Below the pieces are notes generated by a model, which worked only from the letters and a program-made list of their open reading frames with translations, was not told where the DNA came from and searched no databases. Source: Promethearchaeota archaeon (GTDB taxonomy: Archaea > Asgardarchaeota > Lokiarchaeia > Sigyniarchaeales > SOKP01). Taken from it: a stretch of DNA of 24,250 nucleotides. Shown piece by piece: positions 8,489 through 17,190 of this stretch. The DNA lies in the NCBI GenBank assembly GCA_016930515.1, contig JAFGGO010000136.1, positions 1 through 24,250 on the forward strand, read 5' to 3'. Numbering within the stretch: position 1 is the stretch's first letter; every line of letters begins with the position of its first letter. Position numbers and translations under genes: made by a program.

Positions 8489-9439
8489 ATGAAAAGCGTG
8501 GAAGATATTTTTAACTCAATGGCAGGCGAGTACGACGATTTATCTGATTTGTGGTACTCTTGGCTTTTTTCAAGATTGCATTATATTATCACCAAAAATG
8601 TGATCTGTACTAAACTGCCCCAAAAGGTTTTAGATGTTGGTTGTGGAACGGGACTTCAATCGTACTTATTTGCTTCTGCGGGTTGCAAGGTTATAGGATT
8701 TGATATTGCAGAAGACCTCGTCGAAATAGCGAAACAAAAAGGAACCGAATTTCAACCATATAAATTTGAATTATTTCCCGTTTATCACGAGTATGTTTCG
8801 AAATATAACAAGTTCATGAGAGCGAATATTAAGAAAAAAATCCCGTCTTTAAACTACTGCGACCCAGAATTTTATACTGGCGACGCAACCAATATTTCGT
8901 ACCCTGATAATACTTTCGATCATGTGAATTGTTGCGGAAGCGTCTTGAGTTTTATCCCAAATTACAAGAAAGCTTTATCCGAAATATCTCGAGTGCTCGT
9001 AAAAAATGGTACTTTTCTAGTCGAAGTAGAGGGAAAGTGGAGCTTTAACATCATTTATCAATTGTTAGATCCCCTATTTCGTGGTAAGTTCGAACTCAAC
9101 ACTAAATTTAAAGAAGCATTAAAATTTATCACTAAAAAACCCACGAGAAATATTACCATAGATTTTCCATTTGGCGACTATAAAAATCCCGTTCACATGA
9201 ACCTTAAATTATTCACTTCTTACTCGTTGAAGCGACTCCTTAAGTATTACGGTTTAATGGTTGAAAAAAAATGGGCAATTCATTCTTTAACGAATTTAAT
9301 TCCTTGTACCTATCTCGACAACTTAAAACCGTCTACTAGGCTTAAAAAAGCATTTAATTTCCTTGCTCGTCTCGAGGAGCGCCTTCCGTTTTATGTTCCT
9401 GGATCTAGCTTGGTGTTATTTGGAAGAAAAATAGCTTGA
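8489..9439 (+). CDS. Class I SAM-dependent methyltransferase
   Basis: VLDVGCGTG, VIGFDIAE, GDATNISYPDNTFD and RVLVKNGTF. Confidence 0.88.
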   Translation: MKSVEDIFNSMAGEYDDLSDLWYSWLFSRLHYIITKNVICTKLPQKVLDVGCGTGLQSYLFASAGCKVIGFDIAEDLVEIAKQKGTEFQPYKFELFPVYHEYVSKYNKFMRANIKKKIPSLNYCDPEFYTGDATNISYPDNTFDHVNCCGSVLSFIPNYKKALSEISRVLVKNGTFLVEVEGKWSFNIIYQLLDPLFRGKFELNTKFKEALKFITKKPTRNITIDFPFGDYKNPVHMNLKLFTSYSLKRLLKYYGLMVEKKWAIHSLTNLIPCTYLDNLKPSTRLKKAFNFLARLEERLPFYVPGSSLVLFGRKIA

Positions 9440-9561
9440 ATGAGGAATATTTCATTTAAAAATATAATGTTGAATAAAATGCTTTCAAACCTATAAAATA
9501 AAAAACAGAACTATTTTTTTGATCCAACATTAATTTTCAAGGAGTATAGTATTGATATAAA

Positions 9562-10464
9562 ATGACGGATTTTATAGAACAACTTGCGGATAAAATCTAT
9601 TTTATACGGGGTTTGAACAACGGAAGGATTCCATATTCTAATTCCGTTCTCTACGGAAATGTTTTGATTGACACCGGTATTTCAAAAAACCACCTTTTAA
9701 AATTAAAAAAACGGTTTAAAATCGAGCAGATCTTATTTAGCCACTGGCACGAAGACCACACGCGAGATAATGGACTTTTTGAGAGCCTCAATAGATCTTG
9801 CCACGAGCTCGAAAAAAGAGTTATCGAAAACACCGACCTTTTTATACGCAATTACGATGTCAACGGAACGCCCGCAGAACAATCGTTCAAGAATTACTTG
9901 TTCAATTCGTTGGAAATCAAGAACAGCAGGATCGACGCGGTATTTAAGGATGAGGACGTTTTTAATAACGAAAATGACCTTTCCTTAAAAGTAATTCACA
10001 CTCCTGGACACTCTGCTGGACATTGCTGTTTTTACGAAACTCGTTCAAGAACTACTTTTCTTGGAGACATCGATCTTTCGAAATTTGGTCCGTGGTATGG
10101 TTGTTTGGACAGTAATCTCGAAGATTTCATTGATTCAATAAATAGACTAGAGCATTTAGACATGGATGCTTGCGTGGCGGGACATACTGGTTTAACAATG
10201 GGAAGGAAATTAATCAGACAAAAACTAACGCAATATAAATCAATAATTTATTCAAGAGAAAAGAAAATATTAGAACATCTACACGAAAAAAGACCAATGC
10301 TCCCAGAAGATTTAATGCAAAAAAAAATAATTTACAAGAAATATCACGATTTTTTCTACAGTTACTTGCTTGTTGCAGAAAAGATAATGTTACAGAAGCA
10401 TTTTGAGAAATTAATGTCCCAAAAAGTAATATTAGAAGAAAACGGGGGATATCTATTAGGTTGA
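9562..10464 (+). CDS. Metallo-beta-lactamase fold hydrolase
   Basis: LIDTG, SHWHEDH (HxHxDH), HTPGHSAGH, LGD and AGH. Confidence 0.92.
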   Translation: MTDFIEQLADKIYFIRGLNNGRIPYSNSVLYGNVLIDTGISKNHLLKLKKRFKIEQILFSHWHEDHTRDNGLFESLNRSCHELEKRVIENTDLFIRNYDVNGTPAEQSFKNYLFNSLEIKNSRIDAVFKDEDVFNNENDLSLKVIHTPGHSAGHCCFYETRSRTTFLGDIDLSKFGPWYGCLDSNLEDFIDSINRLEHLDMDACVAGHTGLTMGRKLIRQKLTQYKSIIYSREKKILEHLHEKRPMLPEDLMQKKIIYKKYHDFFYSYLLVAEKIMLQKHFEKLMSQKVILEENGGYLLG

Positions 10465-11475
10465 ATTCGCTGAGATATTTAATCTTTGAAATAAACCAGT
10501 GACTAATATTGGAAAAGCAATGGTTGCGTCGCACCACACGCTTATGGCGTTTGAATCTAATGCATACTTGCCCCACGACTTGGATTCCGATATCGTACAA
10601 CCCGATAATCCTCCATCGTATTCCGTTGCCGTGTGTATCCGTACAGAATAATTATATCCCGTGTTTATTCCCTTATCTCTAAGATTTTCCACGGCATCTA
10701 AATATGGGAAGATTTGCTGGGCCCAATTTCTGGGAACGCCCCCTCCAATAATAAAGGTTCCGCATTCCTCGTATTCTTTCACGATTTCCGCAAAGATCTT
10801 CACGTCTTCTAAGATCTTGAAGTTAATGTCAAAACCGTTCCTGACCGTGTACTTTATGAGATCCAAGGCGAATTCCGAATCGCTAAATGCTGGAACGAAA
10901 ATTGGTATGTTTTTTCTTGCTGCAACGGAAAGAATGCACCTCGTCTTGAGATTTTGCCCCACTAGTTTTAAAAACGCTGAAGGAGCTATATTTACCTTTT
11001 TATCGGGATAGCACTTGTTCACGATTTCCAAAAGCTCTTCCTCTGCTCGAATGTAATTATCTTCGGGAAGAAACAGGTCGTAAATCCTATTAATCTTTAG
11101 CTTATACAATTCATCGTCGTCTACATGCTGGCTTCCTAAATAGTGCCCTATATTTGAAACGCTGTCGACTAAATCGTGACTAATATTTGCACCCGTCGTA
11201 ACCAGAACATCTATTAGCTGGTGTTCCATGAGCAAACACACTAATTCTCCCATGCCCGCAGGCACCATTGCTCCGCTTAACGTTAACACCGTGAGACATT
11301 TTTTGTTTACAACCATTTTATACAAAATATCCAAAGCGATACCCAAGTTCCTTCCTTGAAATCCACAATATTTAAGGTCGTGCAAGATGTCCTTGACATC
11401 CTTTACTTTTGTTGGGTCAAACGGAACGACCTTTGTATCCAGATAATCTTTTAATTCTCGATTTGCCACAATCAT
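10456..11475 (-). CDS. dys: Deoxyhypusine synthase family protein (DHS or DHS-like polyamine synthase)
   Basis: GFQGRNL, SGAMVPAG, VTTGAN, NRIYD, PAFSDS, GGGVP and DGGLSG...SWGK with the catalytic Lys retained. Confidence 0.9.
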   Translation of the reverse strand: MIVANRELKDYLDTKVVPFDPTKVKDVKDILHDLKYCGFQGRNLGIALDILYKMVVNKKCLTVLTLSGAMVPAGMGELVCLLMEHQLIDVLVTTGANISHDLVDSVSNIGHYLGSQHVDDDELYKLKINRIYDLFLPEDNYIRAEEELLEIVNKCYPDKKVNIAPSAFLKLVGQNLKTRCILSVAARKNIPIFVPAFSDSEFALDLIKYTVRNGFDINFKILEDVKIFAEIVKEYEECGTFIIGGGVPRNWAQQIFPYLDAVENLRDKGINTGYNYSVRIHTATEYDGGLSGCTISESKSWGKYALDSNAISVWCDATIAFPILVTGLFQRLNISANST

Positions 11476-11822
11476 GCATTTAATTATTTTATTAAAATTA
11501 AATATAAAAATCCAATTTCATATAAATTTGTTTTGAAAAGAATAAATCTTTAAATTCTATTACAAAAATCGAATATGTAGTGCTTTTAGCGATCAAATAA
11601 AAGGTGAATCCCGGTTCTATAGTTCTATATAGTTAAAAATTAATTATATAGTCTACTTCTTCAAGGTTTTCTCTGTTTTTAAATATTTCAATGAAATTAG
11701 AGATATATGGGACTAAAGCTTGCATTATTCTTCGAAGAGTTGGTACACATGAATAAGTTTAAAAAATATTAATTCATTAAATGCATTATACAAAATTACA
11801 TCGTTTAAAATACTATAGATAG

Positions 11823-12371
11823 ATGTCGTTCGTTCCAAAAGCGGTATTTTTTACCAAAGGCAAGGGGTATCATCCCTCTAAATTAGGCTCGTTCGAACAA
11901 GCGTTGCGAGACGCAGAAATCGCTAATTTTAATCTCGTAAAAGTCAGTTCGATTTTTCCCCCCTATTGTATTGAGATCCCGAAAGACGACGGGTTAGCAC
12001 AACTACGCTCTGGACAAATTGTTTTCACCGTAATGAGCAAAGTAAGCAGCAACGAATTCAATAGATTGATATCAGCATCGATTGGTGTTGCCAAACCCGC
12101 TGACACTAAAGCATACGGCTATCTAAGCGAACACCACGCTTTCGGAGTAACACCCGAAAAGACAGGAGACTTTGCAGAAGACTTGGCCGCAGAGATGTTA
12201 GCAACCACGCTGGGGGTGGAATTTGACCCGGACGCGAATTACGACGAAAAAATGGAGATATTCAAGTTTGACGGAAAAATCATCGAAACCAAAAACATTA
12301 CCGAATCCATCACGGTCCGTCAAGAAAACGAATGGGCAACAGTCTTATCAGCAGCCATCTTTATCTTGTAA
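11823..12371 (+). CDS. pdaD: Pyruvoyl-dependent arginine decarboxylase
   Basis: FVPKAVFFTKG, SFEQALRDA, NLVKVSSIFPP (Ser-Ser autocleavage site), YGYLSEHH and AEDLAAEMLATTLG. Confidence 0.94.
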   Translation: MSFVPKAVFFTKGKGYHPSKLGSFEQALRDAEIANFNLVKVSSIFPPYCIEIPKDDGLAQLRSGQIVFTVMSKVSSNEFNRLISASIGVAKPADTKAYGYLSEHHAFGVTPEKTGDFAEDLAAEMLATTLGVEFDPDANYDEKMEIFKFDGKIIETKNITESITVRQENEWATVLSAAIFIL

Positions 12372-12518
12372 ATAAATTATTTTTCGTTATTCTTCTTTCT
12401 TTTCTATTTAGAACAAAATTTTACGTTATCAAAATATTTAAATAAGGTTTTAAAAATATTTTATTTAGATAAATAAAAAATTCTTATAACCTAATTGAAA
12501 GCGAGAAAGGGAAAAAGA

Positions 12519-12665
12519 ATGGTTAATAGTAGCATGAAAGGTCCAAAAAAAACCAAACAAGAAGATTTCTGGGACAATTACGAGGACGAACTCGGAGAAT
12601 ACTCCGATTACGAAGATCTCGAAGAAGACGACAACGATGGAGAATGGGAAGATTACGAAGATTAA
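12519..12665 (+). CDS. Unannotated small acidic protein (48 aa; alternative starts 12495 TTG or 12534 ATG)
   Basis: Manual translation: MVNSSMKGPKKTKQEDFWDNYEDELGEYSDYEDLEEDDNDGEWEDYED*. TTATAA at 12484-12489 lies upstream and a T9 tract lies downstream. Confidence 0.7.
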   Translation: MVNSSMKGPKKTKQEDFWDNYEDELGEYSDYEDLEEDDNDGEWEDYED

Positions 12666-12696
12666 GCATCTCGTTCTCGGCTCGGAAATCACACCA

Positions 12697-12705
12697 TTTT
12701 TTTTT
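12697..12705 (+). terminator. Putative archaeal oligo-T terminator of the acidic microprotein
   Basis: Run of nine T about 30 nt after the stop, between convergent genes. Confidence 0.4.
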
Positions 12706-12710
12706 ACTAA

Positions 12711-14300
12711 TTATCTTTTTTTAAAATAATCCACGTTAAGTTCTTGAAAACAGCTATCGATGTCTTCCATCTGCTCCAAGTCTTTTTCGCTTAGTCTTTG
12801 TTTGTCCTCGGGATTCTTTGCCGCCCAGACGAGTTTATTAAACCTTTGGTGGTGCAAGTGAAACCGCTGGTTCGCGTACTCCTTTGCCTGCTTGGTATAG
12901 AGCAAAAAGGACCAATCGCTTCCGAGCATCAGTGATAGTTCTCGTGCGGCTTGTTTGAGAACGCGCTCCTGCCACACGCTCGATTTATCTCGATTGTCCA
13001 AGACTCCTTCGAGTTCTTTCATAGCGCCGTTTATATATGGCCATATCCAGCCGTGTTCGGGATTTTTCCATACTTGGAATTGCCCACCTTCGCCCCAGCT
13101 GCTTTGTTTCATTCGAATGGTTGAAAAACTTTTTTTATTTTGAGAGATGTAATCACTAAAGGTTATCATGTCGACATTTGGGTTTTTATCTATCAGTTCG
13201 AACACTGCTTTTAGCCAATTTATTCCCTCCATCCACCAGTGTCCGTAAAGCTCAAAATCATACGGAGAGACCACGATTCCTTTCTTGTTATATTTCTCGT
13301 TGAAATTTTTCAATTCGTTTTCTAAGACGGAGATAAAATGCTCCGAGTGAGATTGTACTCGCTCCTGGGCCATCTTGATATCGTAGAACTCTTTTGCTTC
13401 TTTTCCTAGCGTCTTATCTGTAATTCTCCAATAATGTAATCCCGATTGGTGATCTTTCATGTGAAATTCCCGGTAATACCCATCGCCTGGATATCCAATC
13501 CGAGGATCCCAGACTTGCCTGCTCGAGTTTTGATTTCTCCCAAACACGGAAACGCCCGTTTCGAGATTGTATCCAAAATTAGTGTTGAGTCCAATATCGT
13601 TTTTACTCTCTATAATTTCTGCGTCCAAAATGCCGTGAGAGTCCACGAAGAAGTATTCTATGCCCGAATTATGCAACCAATAATCGATGCTTTCCCTTAC
13701 CTTTCCATCCTTGTATTCTTTTGGCCTGTACGCGCATTCGGGGATCCAAATTCCTCGAGGGGCTTTTCCAAAGCATTTTTTGTGCGTATCAACGGCGAGT
13801 TGGACTTGGGAGAAGATACCCGAGTCGCTTTCCAGCAATGGCAAGAAACCGTGAGTGGCGGCACATGTGATGAGCTCGATCATTCCCTCGTCTTGCAACC
13901 ACTTGAAAGTCCCTAACAGGTCTCGATAAAAATCGTGATAAAAGAGATCTAACATCTGCTCGAAGTTATTTAAGTGAAATCGAGCGATATCTTGTCGTTG
14001 AGAGTTGTTTTCGAATCTTTTTATGTCGCTTTTAGCTCGATGGATTAAATCCTCAATATATCCTCCAATTTGATCTTTCACATGGTCATCTGCGAGCATT
14101 TCTGCCAGGATCGGGGTAATATTAATAGTGATGGCTGTTTTTACTCCTTTTCCCTTTAAATCTCTCAGAACGCTTATCATAGGAATGTAAGTTTCCAAAG
14201 CTGCTTCTGTTAGCCATTGAATCCCTGCAGGCCAAACACCTGATTTTTTACACCACGGCATGTGCCCGTGCAGCACGAGTCCAAAATATCCAATTGTCAT
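12711..14300 (-). CDS. GH57 family 1,4-alpha-glucan branching enzyme (DUF1957-containing)
   Basis: LHGHMP, ETY, ATH, WIPECAY (nucleophile Glu), PYDFELYGHWW (acid/base Asp), SSWG and ARELSLMLGSDW. Confidence 0.92.
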   Translation of the reverse strand: MTIGYFGLVLHGHMPWCKKSGVWPAGIQWLTEAALETYIPMISVLRDLKGKGVKTAITINITPILAEMLADDHVKDQIGGYIEDLIHRAKSDIKRFENNSQRQDIARFHLNNFEQMLDLFYHDFYRDLLGTFKWLQDEGMIELITCAATHGFLPLLESDSGIFSQVQLAVDTHKKCFGKAPRGIWIPECAYRPKEYKDGKVRESIDYWLHNSGIEYFFVDSHGILDAEIIESKNDIGLNTNFGYNLETGVSVFGRNQNSSRQVWDPRIGYPGDGYYREFHMKDHQSGLHYWRITDKTLGKEAKEFYDIKMAQERVQSHSEHFISVLENELKNFNEKYNKKGIVVSPYDFELYGHWWMEGINWLKAVFELIDKNPNVDMITFSDYISQNKKSFSTIRMKQSSWGEGGQFQVWKNPEHGWIWPYINGAMKELEGVLDNRDKSSVWQERVLKQAARELSLMLGSDWSFLLYTKQAKEYANQRFHLHHQRFNKLVWAAKNPEDKQRLSEKDLEQMEDIDSCFQELNVDYFKKR

Positions 14301-14488
14301 ATATGCACTTAATTAATGTTTTGTTGTATTTTATTGTTATCCATGCCAAAAAAGGGTAAATAAGAAAAAATAGGAAAATTAGGTGCTAAAAATTTAATCG
14401 AAATACTGTTTCTGATTTCATTATTAATTGGAAAAAAAAGTAATATTTATACAGATGAAGATGTATTACATGTATTTCATTGATTTCA

Positions 14489-14719
14489 ATGGCAAATTTT
14501 AGCATTAGAATTGATCCCGATCTTAAAAAAGAGATGGATAAGCGTAAGGACCTCAATTGGAGCGAGATTTTGAGAGACGCCATCAAGAAAAAGATTCAAG
14601 GAGAGATGGAAAGAAATATGGCTAAAGCGGTATTACTCAACGAAAAGATTCGGAAAAAAGCTCCCGAAGGATTTAATAGCGTTGAAATAATACGACATTT
14701 CAGGGAAGAAAGATGTTAA
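14489..14719 (+). CDS. vapB: VapB-type ribbon-helix-helix antitoxin
   Basis: MANFSIRIDPDLKKEMD..LNWSEILRDAI is an RHH pattern. C-terminal SVEIIRHFREER. Lies directly upstream of a PIN ORF. Confidence 0.8.
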   Translation: MANFSIRIDPDLKKEMDKRKDLNWSEILRDAIKKKIQGEMERNMAKAVLLNEKIRKKAPEGFNSVEIIRHFREERC

Positions 14720-14728
14720 AAACACTTT

Positions 14729-14995
14729 ATGAGATTTGAGGTTTTGAATGTGAAACGTGTGATCATTGACGCTAGCGTGGTTGTTAAGTGGTTTATTGAG
14801 GAAGAGGGTTCGGAAATAGCGCGAACCATTCGTGATAAATTTGTTGAAGGAAAAATAGAATTTATTGTTCCGTCGTTACTCTATTTTGAAGTGTTAAATG
14901 CCTTGAAATACAGCAAGTTATTTCCCTTAAACGAGCTTAACGATGCGGGAGAGAGCTTGGAAAATTATGGATTTCTAATGATTCAAGCGGGTTAA
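14729..14995 (+). pseudogene. vapC: VapC PIN-domain toxin, C-terminally truncated
   Basis: IIDASVVVKWF and PSLLYFEVLNAL match the PIN N-half. The ORF stops at 88 aa without the YDAxY..TAD C-terminal motifs, and I saw no continuation in other frames. Confidence 0.75.
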
Positions 14996-15216
14996 ACCAT
15001 TTAGGGATGAATTGTAATCGATTTCCATATAAACTCTAAAGAACTAGTGGTTATTGTCAAATATTGAGAAATATTTTTATTTATTCAAATATCAACATAA
15101 GAGAATGAATTTTATATTTAAAGAATCATACTATAATATGAAGAAGTAATATTCTTATTCTTTAAATGGTTTAAATTAATGAAATACCTAAGAATGTATT
15201 TAGACTGAAGAAATAA

Positions 15217-17190
15217 ATGACTCATTATAAAATTTATCCATTTACAGCAATAGTTAACCAAGAAATGCTGAAAATGTCTTTAATATTAAATGCTATAAAT
15301 CCAAAAATTGGTGGCGTTTTAATAAAAGGCACGAAAGGTACTGCTAAATCCACGGCAGTGAGATCCCTGGCAGATTTACTTCCAAAAATTAAAGTAATAA
15401 AAAATTGCGTTTTTAACTGCAATCCCGAAGACGATAAGGAGGCCTGTCATTCCTGTTTAGAAAAAAAAAGCAAAGGGATTCTCAAAAAGGAAGAAATTGA
15501 ATATAAAAAAATGAGAGTAATTAATCTTCCAATTAACGCTACGGAAGATAGGATTATCGGATCAATAGATATACAAAAAGCTTTAGTAGATGGTTTAAAA
15601 TCGTTGGAGCCCGGCATTTTAGCTGAAGCAAATCGGAACATCCTTTATATTGACGAGGTCAATCTCCTTTCGGATAATCTTGCAGATGTACTACTAGATA
15701 GTGCTGCAATGGGAGTAAATATTATTGAAAGGGAGGGTATTAGCTTGCACCACCCGTCGAATTTTATCTTAGTTGGTACAATGAATCCCGAAGAGGGAAA
15801 CCTGAGACCGCAATTACTTGATAGGTTCGGATTGTGCGTTGAGGTAAGCCGAATTGAAGACTTGGATCAAAGAGTAGATATTATGAAATACGCGGAGGAA
15901 TACCACGAAAATCCCCATGAATTTTATGAGAAATTTGCGAAGAATCAAAAAAACCTTAGAAACAAAATAGTGAACGCTCGTGAACTTCTCAAGTCAGTAC
16001 AAATTTCTGACGAATCTCTTAAAAAAATTGCCCAAATATGCTTGCAATTTCAAACAGATGGTCATAGAGCAGATATTACAATTAATAGAACGGCTAAAAC
16101 TCTTTCAGCCTATAATGGACGAACCAATGTAATTGAAGACGATATTAAAATAGCCGCAAAATTGGCTTTAAACCACCGGTTAAGGCGCTTACCTTTTGAA
16201 GATCAATGCCTTGATGAACAAGAAATAGACAACTTGTTTGAAGACAATATGGAAGAATTAAATGACAATTACGAAGAAAATCTCGATAATGATGTTGATG
16301 AGCCTAAAAAATTAAATACCAAGGAAGAAATTTTTGATATCGACGAGAAAGTAAAATATGGTCAAATCTTAAAAGAAAAAAAAGTAAGGGAAGTCATTAA
16401 CACTTCGGGACAGAGAATATTACACCCTACGAATTCTCCCCGGGGAAAATATATTGGTGGTCAAAGACCCGGAAATTACCACATTCCTCTATCGTCAGAG
16501 ATTTCAATTAACGAAACACTAAACGAAGCTTCATTAGCTCCTGAAAATCGTAATTTACATGAAAAAAAAGCCAAAATAATCGTCAAGGAGGAGCACATTC
16601 GCATAAAAAAAAGGATTGGCAAGTCGAGTTTCTTGATCATTTTCTGCGTTGACGCTTCAGGTTCTATGGGTGCGGGAGATAGAATGAAAGCCGTAAAGGC
16701 AATGATCTTTTCAATCCTACAAGAAAATTACATACATCGGGATAAAGTATCTTTAGTAGTATTCAGAAAGGAAAATGCTGAAGTAGTGCTCCCTCCAACA
16801 AGAAGCACCGATTTGGCGCATAAATTCTTAAAAGAGATCCCTACGGGTGGAACGACTCCATTATTGGCGGGTTTATCAAAAGCAATGGATATAGCATTTG
16901 AAGAAATTAGAAAGAAAACTGGATACATTCCATTAATAATTTTGATATCGGACGCCAGGGGAAATATTTATAATCACGATCCAGTTGAAGAAGTTCTAAA
17001 AATTGGAGAAAGTATCGCAAAACACGATCTAAATTTTATTGTTATAGACACGGAAAACTTAGATGTGAGATTAAGATTGTGCGAGAAATTGGCACGGGCT
17101 GCTAACGCAGAGTATCACCATATTGATAAATTAAATGAAAATGAATTGCACAAAATTCTTACTATTGAGGGAATTATTGAAAATGAGTAA
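15217..17190 (+). CDS. chlD: Class I chelatase medium subunit, ChlD/BchD-like (AAA+ ATPase, acidic linker, VWA)
   Basis: YPFTAIV, Walker [20 protein letters not shown], Walker [24 protein letters not shown], an acidic linker, and VWA MIDAS DASGSM. Confidence 0.9.
   Translation: MTHYKIYPFTAIVNQEMLKMSLILNAINPKIGGVLIKGTKGTAKSTAVRSLADLLPKIKVIKNCVFNCNPEDDKEACHSCLEKKSKGILKKEEIEYKKMRVINLPINATEDRIIGSIDIQKALVDGLKSLEPGILAEANRNILYIDEVNLLSDNLADVLLDSAAMGVNIIEREGISLHHPSNFILVGTMNPEEGNLRPQLLDRFGLCVEVSRIEDLDQRVDIMKYAEEYHENPHEFYEKFAKNQKNLRNKIVNARELLKSVQISDESLKKIAQICLQFQTDGHRADITINRTAKTLSAYNGRTNVIEDDIKIAAKLALNHRLRRLPFEDQCLDEQEIDNLFEDNMEELNDNYEENLDNDVDEPKKLNTKEEIFDIDEKVKYGQILKEKKVREVINTSGQRILHPTNSPRGKYIGGQRPGNYHIPLSSEISINETLNEASLAPENRNLHEKKAKIIVKEEHIRIKKRIGKSSFLIIFCVDASGSMGAGDRMKAVKAMIFSILQENYIHRDKVSLVVFRKENAEVVLPPTRSTDLAHKFLKEIPTGGTTPLLAGLSKAMDIAFEEIRKKTGYIPLIILISDARGNIYNHDPVEEVLKIGESIAKHDLNFIVIDTENLDVRLRLCEKLARAANAEYHHIDKLNENELHKILTIEGIIENE

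Noticed and set aside
12465-12692. 75-aa minus-strand hydrophobic ORF in the track
   Set aside because: It is the antisense shadow of the acidic plus-strand ORF: GAA/GAC/GAT codons read as F/V/I on the other strand.
17135-17182. Extended N-terminus of the chelatase large subunit
   Set aside because: It overlaps chlD by 56 nt. ATG 17183, with an 8-nt overlap, is the more plausible coupled start.
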